From Eledone cirrhosa (lineage: Eukaryota): DNA of 64,000 nucleotides. Under the pieces are notes generated by a model. The model was not told the origin of the DNA. It did no database searches and saw nothing but the letters and a program-made list of their open reading frames with translations. The DNA is taken from assembly GCA_964016885.1 (NCBI GenBank), contig OZ024761.1:22382001-22446000 (forward strand). Reading direction: 5' to 3'. The translations under genes were made by a program, and so were the position numbers. Shown piece by piece: positions 1 to 13,909 of this stretch (within the stretch, counting starts at the first letter, position 1; every line of letters starts with the position of its first letter).

Positions 1-191
1 TCATCAATCTGTTTTATATTTCATAACGTACCCACCTCCTTTCTCTTTCTCTCTCCCTCTGTCTCCCCCTTCACATCTCCCCCTATCTCCCCCCCCCTAT
101 CTCCTTACCTCTCTATATATATATACATATATATATATATATGTATATAATGTCTATCTATCTGGGTGTGTCTCTTTCTCTCTCTTCAATG

Positions 192-268
<77 letters not shown>

Positions 269-1153
269 TTGCTCTCTCTGTCTACCCCTTCCTTCTTCCT
301 TTCTGTGATAAATGTAATCATCATAAATACCTGACAGGTGTGAATGAACTTTGAGGAAGAAAGAAAAAAAGGTGGTGAGATGTTTCTTTGCTGAAAGACC
401 TTGATAAGTTGGTTGTATTCTACACTTAAGAATTTAACAACTAATTTTCTTTATTTTCTGATGTTTCTATATGATAAATTACTGTATATACTTGAATATA
501 AATCACCCTTCTATCTGTATATACTTGAATATAAACCACCCTTCTATCTGTATATACTTGAATATAAACCACTGCACTGGCTAAACCTACATAGATCTGA
601 GTTGTAACATTATGATAGGACTGGGGGGCCCCTCATTACACTCTCTTGTAGGAGGCTGGCTAAACCTACATAGATCTGAGCTGTAACATTTCATCTTTGA
701 GTGAGTATTATAACTGTTAGAATAAAAGTTGCTATTTCAGTTAAGAATTTATCATTAAGCGTCTAAAATGTCTGAGAATGAGTTGTTAATAATATTATAA
801 ATTTTTTGGTCTATTACCCTCATCTTTAGAATTATTGATTTTTATTGTGGGCACGAGGCCATATCTTTTGAGAGGGAGGGGAAGGGAGTATATTTATATC
901 GATCTCAAATATTGTATAAAAATAAAAAAATGTAACAAAACAGAATCTCTAAAGATGAGTTTAATAGTGTGAACATTTTTTTAAAAAATTATCTTTCATT
1001 GCTTAACAGTTTAGTAAAGACTTCTAGCGACCCATCACCCACAACCCATAATGTTTCAAGCCTGGTGTGTTCGGGTATTAAACCAGATGATCTGCTGTGT
1101 TAAAGTTACCAGGTCAATTCTGTCTTTCATCTTGAATCTCCCTGAAAATTATG

Positions 1154-1350
1154 TTAACCCTTTACCATTTACATTACTCTATATATACTATTGTATTTTC
1201 ACATAATATCGAATCTATGAGGTTTTGATGTTATTTATTTTGAGAATAATACCTTAACATCAGTATGAGTGGCTGGTTACAGCTGGTTTGAACAGAAAGA
1301 GGTGACAGAATTCTAGCCGGATACAGCTGGTTTAAATGCTAACGGGTTAA
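1154..1350 (+). mobile_element. piggyBac-like MITE (family P1)
   Basis: TTAA-CCCTTTACCATTTA...TAAATGCTAACGGG-TTAA gives a TTAA target duplication and a 12/14 terminal inverted repeat. Partial copies lie at about 5894, 16728 and 32259. Confidence 0.75.
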
Positions 1351-2177
1351 GAGCTTACATGTCTGTAGAATACTGAGTCACTCACAGCTCTATAATAGTT
1401 TCTCCATGTTACACAAGGCCAGCAATTTGAAGAGAAGGTTACTGCCAAATTATTTCTACTTTAGGCGCAAGGCCAACAATTTTGGGGGAAGGAGAAAGTC
1501 GATTAAATCGACCCCAGTACATTACTGGTACTTTATTTTATCAACCTTGTAAGGATGAAGGGCAAAGTTAATCTCGGCAGGATTTGAACTCAGAACTTAG
1601 AAAGTCATAACTGAATACCGCAAAGCATTTTGTCTGAAGCTCTACTGATTATTGCCAATCTACAGCACTATAATACAAGATAGATTGTACCTGTTCAACC
1701 ATGTCACACTGATTCTCCCTGAGAACTTCTTATAGAACACATGTGTCTGTGGAGCAGTCAGCCACTAACATACTAATCTAATGAGTTGACTGTTCTGTTG
1801 ATCAAATAATTGAAACAGTTATTGTTGGACTCCAGTGGAGGTCCTTCTAATTAACCCCATAAATATTGATTGCCAAGCACTTAATTACTCTATTTACAAA
1901 AAATAATGAAAGGTAATTCCAACGTAATTTGGATTTTACACCATTATTGTCTCAAGTTTCTACACTTTCCTCTTGTTTGAATAATATATATCCTCCTTAT
2001 CCCCATCATCATCATTTAATGTCCATTTTTCCATGCTAGCATGGGTTAGACAAGTTGTCCTGTTGGTAGACAAGTCAGGACAGATGGACATGTCTTGCTA
2101 ATACAGAACTGTTTCTGGTTTGGTTTCTACGGCTGGCTGCTTTTGTCATGACACCTACACAACCACTTTATACATAC

Positions 2178-2220
<43 letters not shown>

Positions 2221-2636
2221 ATATATACATTCATTCATGTAGGTGTCACAACAAAAAGCACCCAGCTGTAAACGTGGTTGGCGTTAGGAAGGGCATCTAG
2301 CCCATGTAGTAGAAACCAAGCCAAAGTCAGCCTTGTGTGAGCAAAACACGGTCCTCCAATCAGGTCTCTCACAAGGGACAGCCTGTCTTACCCATGCTAG
2401 CGTGGAAGATGATGTTAAACGATGATGATGATGATATACACACACATGTACAATAATACACACAGTCATACATGCTGACTTTGGAGCAGTTTTGCTCAAT
2501 GACCGAAAGACTTAACAGAATTAAGATAATCAATTAATCGGAGGTAATTATCAAAATTAAAAATGTGAGGAAAGGATAGACAAATAATAGACTGAAGAAA
2601 AAATAGTTGTCTATTATTTCATCGCATTTTTAATTT

Positions 2637-2699
<63 letters not shown>

Positions 2700-3373
2700 A
2701 TATATATATAGGAACGAGTAGGACCCCGACGCCTGAGATGTCCAGAATTAGCCGTCGAAACGGCTTGAGCTCAGCCGTCGGGGTCCTACTCGTTCCTATT
2801 ACCCACTCTACTACCCTAAGTATTGAGTACTTTGGTGCGTTATGGTCCACCTGGTTCCTTACCACATTTCCTTCGTTATATATATATATATATATATCAC
2901 AGTAAAAAGAGAATCAGTTTTGCGACGAAAGGAATTTATTGGACATATTACAATTGTTTCTCGGGCGACTAGCTCGAGGCACGATCGATGAGGTGATCAC
3001 ACCTGGCTCTTATATATATATACATATATATAAACCTGACAATTATATATATATATATATGTACACATCTGGAGAGGGATGGGCTCAACCAGGCTTAAAC
3101 TGCCCAAGAAACACTGTATGTCACTACAGCGCCTCTACGACTCTATCAGGAGTTATTGGACAATACCATATAATATATCATCATCATCATCGTTTTACGT
3201 CCATTCTTCCACGCTACCGTGGGTTAGATGAGTTGTCTTGTGGGCAATGCCAGGTCAGGCGACCATGTCTTGCTCATACGGGAACTGATTCTGGCTTGAT
3301 TTCTACAGCTGGATGCCCTTCCTAACACCAACCTCATTTACAGTGAGTGCTGGGTGCTTTTTTCCGTGGCGCC

Positions 3374-3421
<48 letters not shown>

Positions 3422-3615
3422 TTGTTGGTCTTCTCGTTGCTTCGGTGTCGTGGCTGGGGTTGCCTGCCACAGTTTTCAATTTGTCCTGCCGTCTGACGAA
3501 TGTTATTACTCTGAGCTTTCTCATGGAGTGCTTGGCTGCACAAATTCCTCCTCGTATCTTGTTGGCTTGGCTACAGCTGAAGCTTCGATTTTACTAAACT
3601 TCCTTTTATATATAC

Positions 3616-3649
<34 letters not shown>

Positions 3650-3736
3650 GTAAAAGGTAAACGGAAATAACAACAGAATCGGTGCAGTATATGGAAGGGA
3701 TATATTAGGTTAACGCTTGATATAGCAGGAAGAGGG

Positions 3737-3772
3737 TCTTAACGTTTCGGACGCTAGTCCTTCATCAGAAGA
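3737..3772 (-). ncRNA. Minimal type I hammerhead, family A
   Basis: Identical to 37182-37217 on the minus strand. Confidence 0.8.
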
Positions 3773-3820
3773 AAGAATGAGAAATAAGATAGATTGAGGG
3801 GACGGGCGGGATGGAATATA

Positions 3821-3879
<59 letters not shown>

Positions 3880-4068
3880 CGAAGGAAATGTGGTAAGGAA
3901 CCAGATGGACCATAGCACACTAGAGTACTCAATACTTAGGGTAGTAGAGTGGGTAATAGGAAAAAGTATGACCCCGATGGCAGAGCTCAAGCCGTTTCGA
4001 CGGCTATTTCTGTCCAGAAATAGCCGTCGAAACGGCTTGAGCTCTGCCGTTGGGGTCATACTTTTTCC

Positions 4069-4101
<33 letters not shown>

Positions 4102-4670
4102 GGGTACTACAGCATGCATGAAAAGTCATGTCTTCTCTCCAACATGGAGCATAAAATTCCGGTGGAATGAGTAGAAATTAAAAATAAAAAGGAAATTTAG
4201 TTAATTTTCATTTTTTAAAATCTTTTAATGGACCAAAACACTAACTGGAGATGTGTGTGTGTGTGTGGATGAGGGTGTGTGTGTGTGTGTTATCTTCTCT
4301 GTTGACCTTCTGCTGCCCTGAGAGTAGCTGACCACTATTGTCATAAATATCAAGTGTCCTGACTACAGCACCAGCTTGGACTGGGAAACTGGTTCAAGAA
4401 AGAAATTACGATACAAGGAACTAAACTTTGTCGAAAATGATATTATTATATTTGACATTTCATTTTAATGTCTATAATGGATGACACTGAGACTGTTTTA
4501 TACATGTGTGTGTATATATATGTGTGTGTTTATATATGTGTGTGTGTGTGTGTGTGTCTGTATATATATATGTGTGTGTGTGTATATATGTGTGTGTATA
4601 TATATATATGTGTGTGTGTGTATATATATATATGTGAGTGTGTGTTTATATGTGTGTGTGTATTTATATA

Positions 4671-4701
<31 letters not shown>

Positions 4702-4844
4702 GTGAGTGTGTGTTTATGTGTGTGTGTGTATTTATGTGTGTGTGTATATATATATGTGTGTGTGTGTATATATATGTGTGTGTGTATATATATGTGTGTG
4801 TTTATATATATGTGTGTGTTTATATATGTGTGTGTGTATTTATA

Positions 4845-4888
<44 letters not shown>

Positions 4889-5215
4889 TGTGTATATATG
4901 TGTGTGTGTGTGTGTGTATATATATATGTGAGTGTGTGTGTGTGTGCAAGGCAATCAAAGTGTATACATTTTTGGGGACACCCTGTATACACACACACAC
5001 ACTCACATATATATATATATACACACACATATATATACAAACATCTATACACACACACACATATATATATACACAAACATATATATATATATACACACAC
5101 ACATATATAAACACATATATATACACACATATATATACACACACACATAAACACACTCACATATATATATACACACATAATATATATATATATATATATA
5201 TATATGAGTGTGTGA

Positions 5216-5246
<31 letters not shown>

Positions 5247-5268
5247 GATGTTTGTGTGTGTATATATA

Positions 5269-5347
5269 TACAGTGTCCCCAAAAATGTATACACACTTTA
5301 ACAGCAAGGCAATCAAAGTGTGTATACATTTTTGGGGACACCCTGTA
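5269..5347. mobile_element. Very short Tc1/mariner-like MITE
   Basis: TA-CAGTGTCCCCAAAAATGTATACACACTTT...AAAGTGTGTATACATTTTTGGGGACACCCTG-TA. A solo right end lies at about 4948-4987. Confidence 0.7.
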
Positions 5348-6464
5348 TATATATATATAATATTCCCTTAAGTTTAACTGTCACTGTATATTATGTTGAT
5401 GATGGTGATGATGATAGTGATGATGTTAATGATGATGATGATTGTAATGGTGAGAGTGGGTGAAAGGAATAATTAAGCCTCTGCTACCACTGAACTCATT
5501 TAATATAAACAAGTTAAATTACTTCTTTATATGATTAACATATTTTAATCAACTGAATTAATTAAGTAATTAACCAACAGAGTTCGTTTAATGTTCTACA
5601 TTGTCGAAGTAGTAGTTCCCCGTTAGATTCTAATTAATAAAAGTTAACAGCAGTTACTTTAAAAATTGAATTTACTAACTAAAATTTGATTGAAGAAAAG
5701 AGGAGTGTTATATTTTTTGTTTTAATTTAATTTATTAGAGAGAAACAACAGGGAAGATGTGTGGCCGAGTGGTTAAGGTGTTAGGCTTAGTATCATAAGG
5801 TCATGTGTTTTATTTATAGACCCAGGAGTGATGTTATGTTCTTCAGCCAGACACTTCATTTCCCATTGTTTTTCATAATAGGACAGTTTATTTTAACCCT
5901 TTACCATTTACATTACTCTATATATACTATTGTATTTTCACAGTAAAGGCTTTACCTCACATAATATCTCACATAACATTTATATTACTCTATATATACT
6001 ATTGTATTTTCACAGTAATATTGGTAATATTGAGTTCTTGAGCCAGACACTTCATTTCACATTTTCATAATAGGACTCTTTATTTTAAAATGTTTCCATT
6101 TCAATTTTATGTGAGAACCTTTGTTAAGTTATGTTCCAAGCCTAGTAGTTATATTACTAAATTGCTTAAAATACTTGATTATTTTCCAAATGATTTGAAA
6201 ATTATAAGCGATGGTTTTCATCAGAAATATATATATATATTATCATCATTGTTTAACGTCCATTTTTCCACGCTAGCATGGGTTAGATGAGTTATCCTGT
6301 TGTGCACACTGCTAGGTCAGATGACCATTCCTATGGAAACACTTCATATATATATATATAAATATATATATATATATGTAAAAGGTAAACAGAAATAACA
6401 ACACAATCGGTACAGTATATGGAAGGGATATATTAGGTTAACGCTTGATATAGCAGGAAGAGGG

Positions 6465-6500
6465 TCTTAACGTTTCGGACACTAGTCCTTCATCAGAAGA
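6465..6500 (-). ncRNA. Minimal type I hammerhead, family A
   Basis: Same motif; only loop II differs (TAGT). Confidence 0.8.
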
Positions 6501-6720
6501 AAGAAGGAGAAATAAGATAGATTGAGGGGACGGGCGGGATGGAATTGGAAAAAATGTTTTTAGAGAAAAATAACAGGTCCCTATTGACATCTCTTGGAAA
6601 ACTGTTGGTGCTGGAGTTTTGTGTATGATTTATTTTTTTAGAAAAGAGGATGATGGAGGACATCTACCTGAAATGGAAAAAAAAAACCGTTTTGTAAAAA
6701 GAGCTATACTTGTGCACTAT

Positions 6721-7228
6721 ATATCATCATCATCATCATCATCGTTTAACGTCCATCTTCCACGCTTGTATGGGTTTGGACGGGAGTTTTCCCACTTGAG
6801 GCAAGATTTGTTGTTCTGCTCGTATAGGACTGTCTGGCGAGTTTTCTACGGCTGGATGCCCTTCCTAACACCAACCACGTTTACAGTGTGGACTGGGAGG
6901 TTTTTACTGTGTTACCTACATGGCCACATTACAGCGTGGACTGTGTGTTTTTTTTTGTCGTGACACCTACACGACCTCATTTGTTTAGGACTGGATGTTG
7001 TGGTACCAACATAGCTTTAGATCGAAAGAGGTGGTGTGGATGGGGTGGAGGTAGTGGGACAGGGGGTGTATTTTTGTTATAGGTGCCTACTGACTGCAGT
7101 AGGTTTCGCTCTGTACTTAGGCAGGGCAGGTCTTCTGTATTACTGTGTAGCGCCAAAAATCTCGGTCCAGTGACATTGTCTTGGAGAGGTGTAAGTGTGT
7201 AAGGTCGGAATTTATCAAGTCGTCCCAA
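6721..7228 (-). mobile_element. RTE LINE 3' fragment (same subfamily as 48403-48945)
   Basis: Colinear with 48403-48915, including the coding tail, the 3' UTR and the (CAT)n tail. Confidence 0.85.
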
Positions 7229-8207
7229 TATATATATATATCATCATCATCATTTTATGTCCGCTTTTCCCTGCTTGCAAGGGTGGGACGGAAACTGATT
7301 CTGGCTTGATTTCTACAGCTGGATGCCCTTCCTAACACCAACCTCATTTACAGTGAGTGCTGGGTGCTTTTTTTTTTGCCGTGCCACCTCCACGACCACT
7401 TTACAGTGGAATGATAGGGACCCCATATATATATATATATATATATATACGTTAGATTATATATGGTATGATACCATACATCCTGATAGAGTCGCAAGGG
7501 TGACGTAACAGGGCTTCTTGGGCATTTTAAAGCCTGGTAGAGCCCACATTTCCTCTCCAGGCCTGAGTACAGAAGATTTCTTCCAGAGAGAGGCAGAATC
7601 GACCCCAGTACTAGACTGGTATTTTTTATATATACAAAAGGGTTAATGATATATACGTGAGGGTATTTCAATACTAAACAACAACAACAACTGGAATATT
7701 GGAGATAAATAACATCTCGTGAATTAAATAGGTTACTCACTCTGTTAAAAAGGAAAAACGAAAAAAAAAAAAAAAACGAAAAATTTACCTGGAAAATTTT
7801 TCTTTTTTCTTTTTTTTTTTTGATTCATTCTGAAATTTAAAAAGCTAAAAGTATTTAGGTTATAAAAATAAGGAAAAAAAAACATGTATACATAATTGAG
7901 AAAAATTATATGCAAATCAATGTAAATTTAATTCAAAAAATTCTTCTTCTGTAAAACAAAAGACAAAAACAAAAAAAAACAAAACAAATATTTAAGAGAT
8001 AGATTAAAAATAAAGTAATTTAAAATATTTCAGCTAAATTCAATACTATCTCTTTCTCTCTCCCTATGTATATATTTATATCACCTCTACCCCCTCCCCC
8101 TCTCTTTCTCTCACTCTCTCTTTCTTTCTTTTTCTTGCAAAAATCAATCAATTGCAAATATCGGATATTTTAAACCGAAAAACTGAGAATAAGTGAAGGA
8201 GAGAGAG

Positions 8208-8256
<49 letters not shown>

Positions 8257-8321
8257 CATGTATACATACACACATCTTACTTTTCCACCTATATATATAT
8301 ATATATACATACATATATACG

Positions 8322-8353
<32 letters not shown>

Positions 8354-8382
8354 CATATACACATACATACATATATACATAC

Positions 8383-8417
<35 letters not shown>

Positions 8418-8496
8418 CATACACATACATACATATATACATACATACATATATACATACATACATATATACATACATACATATATATATATATAC

Positions 8497-8563
<67 letters not shown>

Positions 8564-8608
8564 TATATACACATACATAGAGAGATAGTCATGTATATAT
8601 ATAAATAT

Positions 8609-8804
8609 ATAGGAAAAAGTATGACCCCGACGGCAGAGCTCAAGCCGTTTCGACGGCTATTTCTGGAGTCCAGAAATAGCCGTCGAAACGGCTTGAGCTC
8701 TGCCGTCGGGGTCATACTTTTTCCTATTTCCCACTCTACTACCATAAGTATTGAGTACTCTGGTGCGATATGGTCCATCTAGTTCCTTACCACAACTCCT
8801 TCGT

Positions 8805-8808
<4 letters not shown>
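8609..8808 (+). mobile_element. Short Penelope-like remnant, family B: 59-bp-arm palindrome plus a unique tail, in (TA)n
   Basis: Arms are 8609-8667 and 8669-8727. Related copies lie at 2709-2880, 3876-4071 and 20173-20312. Confidence 0.6.
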
Positions 8809-8838
<30 letters not shown>

Positions 8839-8849
8839 CATATATATAC

Positions 8850-8886
<37 letters not shown>

Positions 8887-8923
8887 ATATAAGATCAAAA
8901 GATGGTTAAAGGAGTTCCATATA

Positions 8924-8990
8924 TTTTATTATGCGCATTTCAAAAACAAACATCATCAAACAATAATATTTGTGTTTTCATCAGATAAAA
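8924..8990 (-). ncRNA. Type I hammerhead, family C
   Basis: TTTTAT-CTGATGA-[16-bp stem II, 15/16 paired counting G-U]-GAA-ATGCGCAT-A-ATAAAA. Confidence 0.85.
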
Positions 8991-9081
8991 CAGGAGAACA
9001 TGATATGAAGGCTAAAAAACACTTGTTGATAGTGCAGTTTTAAATCAACATATTTTTTAGCCTTCATATCATGTTCTCCTG

Positions 9082-9148
9082 TTTTATCTGATGAAAACAC
9101 AAATATTATTGCATGATGATGTTTGTTTTTGAAGTGCGCATAATAAAA
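9082..9148 (+). ncRNA. Type I hammerhead, family C (inverted partner, A15.1G variant)
   Basis: Same fold, with loop II GCAT and GAAG in place of GAAA. Confidence 0.7.
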
Positions 9149-9276
9149 TATATGGAACTCCTTTAACCATCTTTTGATCTTATATATTATGTATACTCCA
9201 GTCCTACAAACTGTAGAGTGCTTCTTATCCGATATCTGCATTGCTTTATTGTACTACAATAAAACTCACCTCCTAC

Positions 9277-9322
<46 letters not shown>

Positions 9323-9347
9323 CATATATATACATATATATATATAC

Positions 9348-9378
<31 letters not shown>

Positions 9379-9379
9379 C

Positions 9380-9470
<91 letters not shown>

Positions 9471-9471
9471 C

Positions 9472-9625
<154 letters not shown>

Positions 9626-9737
9626 GTGTACAGTGGATATCTCAGAACTGGTGGTGGTGGGGAGGGAAGTGGTAAAAGGAGTGGTGGGAAGTCTTTGACA
9701 CAAGAATGTGTTTTGACCTGGAAATATGAAGAGAAAG

Positions 9738-12030
9738 GACACACACACACATACCGACAACATAGACACACACACACACACATACCGACAACATAGACAC
9801 ACACACACACACACATACCGACAACATAGACATACACACACACACACATACCGACAACATAGACATACACACACACACACATACCGACAACATAGACATA
9901 CACACACACACACATACCGACAACATAGACATACACACACACACACATACCGACAACATAGACACACACACACACACATACCGACAACATAGACATACAC
10001 ACACACACACATACCGACAACATAGACATACACACACACACACATACCGACAACATAGACATACACACACACACACATACCGACAACATAGACACACACA
10101 CACACACATACCGACAACATAGACATACACACACACACACATACCGACAACATAGACATACACACACACACACATACCGACAACATAGACATACACACAC
10201 ACACACATACCGACAACATAGACACACACACACACACATACCGACAACATAGACATACACACACACACACATACCGACAACATAGACATACACACACACA
10301 CACATACCGACAACATAGACATACACACACACACATACCGACAACATAGACATACACACACACACACATACCGACAACATAGACATACACACACACACAC
10401 ATACCGACAACATAGACATACACACACACACACATACCGACAACATAGACACACACACACACACATACCGACAACATAGACATACACACACACACACATA
10501 CCGACAACATAGACATACACACACACACACATACCGACAACATAGACATACACACACACACATACCGACAACATAGACACACACACACACACATACCGAC
10601 AACATAGACACACACACACACACATACCGACAACATAGACACACACACACACACACATACCGACAACATAGACACACACACACACACATACCGACAACAT
10701 AGACATACACACACACACACATACCGACAACATAGACACATACACACACACACACATACCGACAACATAGACATACACACACACACACATACCGACAACA
10801 TAGACATACACACACACACACATACCGACAACATAGACATACACACACACACACATACCGACAACATAGACATACACACACACACACATACCGACAACAT
10901 AGACATACACACACACACACATACCGACAACATAGACATACACACACACACACATACCGACAACATAGACATACACACACACACATACCGACAACATAGA
11001 CATACACACACACACACATACCGACAACATAGACATACACACACACACACATACCGACAACATAGACATACACACACACACATACCGACAACATAGACAT
11101 ACACACACACACACATACCGACAACATAGACATACACACACACACATACCGACAACATAGACATACACACACACACACACATACCGACAACATAGACATA
11201 CACACACACACACATACCGACAACATAGACATACACACACACACACATACCGACAACATAGACATACACACACACACATACCGACAACATAGACATACAC
11301 ACACACACACATACCGACAACATAGACATACACACACACACATACCGACAACATAGACATACACACACACACACATACCGACAACATAGACATACACACA
11401 CACACACATACCGACAACATAGACATACACACACACACACATACCGACAACATAGACATACACACACACACATACCGACAACATAGACATACACACACAC
11501 ACACATACCGACAACATAGACATACACACACACACATACCGACAACATAGACATACACACACACACACACATACCGACAACATAGACATACACACACACA
11601 CACATACCGACAACATAGACATACACACACACACACATACCGACAACATAGACATACACACACACACATACCGACAACATAGACATACACACACACACAC
11701 ATACCGACAACATAGACATACACACACACACACATACCGACAACATAGACATACACACACACACACATACCGACAACATAGACATACACACACACACACA
11801 TACCGACAACATAGACATACACACACACACACATACCGACAACATAGACATACACACACACACACATACCGACAACATAGACATACACACACACACATAC
11901 CGACAACATAGACATACACACACACACACATACCGACAACATAGACATACACACACACACACATACCGACAACATAGACATACACACACACACACATACC
12001 GACAACATAGACATACACACACACACACAT
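9738..12030. repeat. 28-32-bp compound satellite (core ataccgacaacatagac plus variable (CA)n), roughly 75-80 units
   Basis: Directly visible periodicity. Confidence 0.97.
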
Positions 12031-12222
12031 ACAGATACAGGCACACAACATACACATACACACACACTCACACAGCACACACAAAATGCACACACATATA
12101 CACACACTCACACAGCACACACATATAGACACAGACACAACACACATGCAAAAGGCAAACAGAAATAAAACAAACAACATAGTACAATGAAGAAATATAT
12201 TAGTTTTACACTTGATATACAT

Positions 12223-12560
12223 GGAGGCACATGGCTTAGTGGTTAGAGCATTGCCCTTGCAATCGAAAGGTTGTGAGTTCAATTCTCAGACCGGGCGATG
12301 TGTTGTTTCCTTGAGCAAGACACTTTATTTCAAATTGCTCCAGTTTACTCAGCTGTAGAAATGAGATGATAGGGACTGGGGTCCATATCATTCCACTGCA
12401 AAATGGTCGTGGAGGTGCCACGGCAAAAAAAGCACCCAGCACTCACTGTAAATGAGGTTGGTGTTAGGAAGGGCATCCAGCTGTTGTAATCAAGCCAGAA
12501 TCAGTTCCCGTCCCACCCTTGCAAGCCGGGAAAAAGCGGACGTAACATGAAATGATGATG
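12223..12560 (+). mobile_element. tRNA-derived composite SINE (family 1), full length
   Basis: Box A-like TGGCTTAGTGG, box B-like GAGTTCAATTC, central ccttgagcaagacacttt, and an RTE-derived 3' end with (GAT)n. Confidence 0.85.
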
Positions 12561-12706
12561 AAAATGATATATACATACATACACCTACACACATATATAT
12601 ATATATACATACATACACACACACATACATATATACATATACACATACATATATACATATATACATACATACATATATATATATACATACATACACACAT
12701 ACATAT

Positions 12707-12935
12707 ATGGGTTATATACCAACCCGCTTGGACCAAAGTATGACTGAACTTAGATTTGCGGACAAAGAACGCAGCTCCCTAATTCATAGTCTACAAATGG
12801 CTGCGATAGTTGGCACCTTCAAAATTTGCAAAACATTCTTGGAATTGAAGGGATGACAATTTCTTTTCTTTTACAACCTTGCCACCAGGAAGGTGGCCGG
12901 TCCAAAAAATATACCCGAAATTAAGAGAAAGAGAT
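12707..12935 (+). mobile_element. 3' end of an R4/Dong-like restriction-endonuclease LINE
   Basis: Manual translation of 12707-12856 gives MGYIPTRLDQSMTELRFADKERSSLIHSLQMAAIVGTFKICKTFLELKG*. This resembles the G.IP..L...LQ..A..GT..I C-terminus of R4-clade ORFs. Confidence 0.55.
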
Positions 12936-12959
12936 AATGTACACACATATATACATTCA

Positions 12960-13518
12960 TACATACATGGTGGCTGCCAACTCGTTTTCGAGTACGGCCA
13001 CTACTTTATATCCATGTAGGAGAACCCCTACCGATGCGCTGAACGAGTGTTTTTTTAGTCCAGCCAGCGACTTGAAAACTCTGGTACAAACACTACACTT
13101 GCGACAATTATTGACACATAGTGCTGGGCCCATGGTATCATGTGATGACAAGTACAGAGAGATCTCCAGATATAAAGCAATGCCTGTGCCGTGAAGCTTT
13201 TATAGTGAGCAAAGGCACTGCACAAAGCCAGTCCCACTCTCTTAACCAAGATATTTACCAAAAAGAAGAACAAGTTAACATCATTGGATGCCATCAGGGT
13301 TGCAGGTGTTATATCAGAGTTTTCCTTCTCCTAGAACTCTGCCTTGACAAAGGCTAAGGGGTCATCTCTCCCGGTGATTTTGGATGGCCATTGACTCTTA
13401 AGAGCTCCTTTGCCCTTTGACAGGTTTTGTTTTTAGTCCTGCAGGATGTCCAAAGTCACCCTCCTCACCAAGAAACCTTGGTGGGGTTGCCAGTTTAGTC
13501 GCCAACGACTCCACCATG
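12960..13518 (-). mobile_element. Internally deleted RTE/BovB-like element (5' UTR joined to a zinc-finger 3' end)
   Basis: CSVCTRVFKSLAGLKKHS is a C2H2-like C-terminal motif. The minus strand also carries ctaggagaaggaaaactctga, recalled as typical of RTE 5' UTRs. Confidence 0.5.
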
Positions 13519-13568
13519 GTACAGGTTGTACTGGGATACATGTTACCAGTAGCACCAACTGGTGACCT

Positions 13569-13613
<45 letters not shown>

Positions 13614-13752
13614 ATGCACCAAGATATTCCTACAATCTAACAGTAGTAATACACTTCAGTGATTTTAACTGTCGATAACTTTACATTCTTCTGTGTGTGT
13701 ATACATCTGTGTATACATATATATGTGTGTGTGTGTGTATATCTGTGTATAC

Positions 13753-13784
<32 letters not shown>

Positions 13785-13909
13785 ATATTTATCTGTGTAT
13801 ACATATATATATATGTGTGTGTGTGTGTGTATATATATCTGTATATATATATATGTACTGGGATACATGTTACTGGTAACATGTATCCCAGTACAACCTG
13901 TATATATAT

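Noticed and set aside
3490-3560. CTGACGA followed by a hairpin
   Set aside because: No GAAA or matching stem I could be placed
9738-12030. CRISPR-like look (constant repeat with variable spacer)
   Set aside because: The spacers are only (CA)n length variants, there are no cas genes, and the context is eukaryotic
12223-12300. tRNA gene
   Set aside because: Box A and B are present, but I could not build a full cloverleaf, and the sequence continues into a multi-copy SINE body
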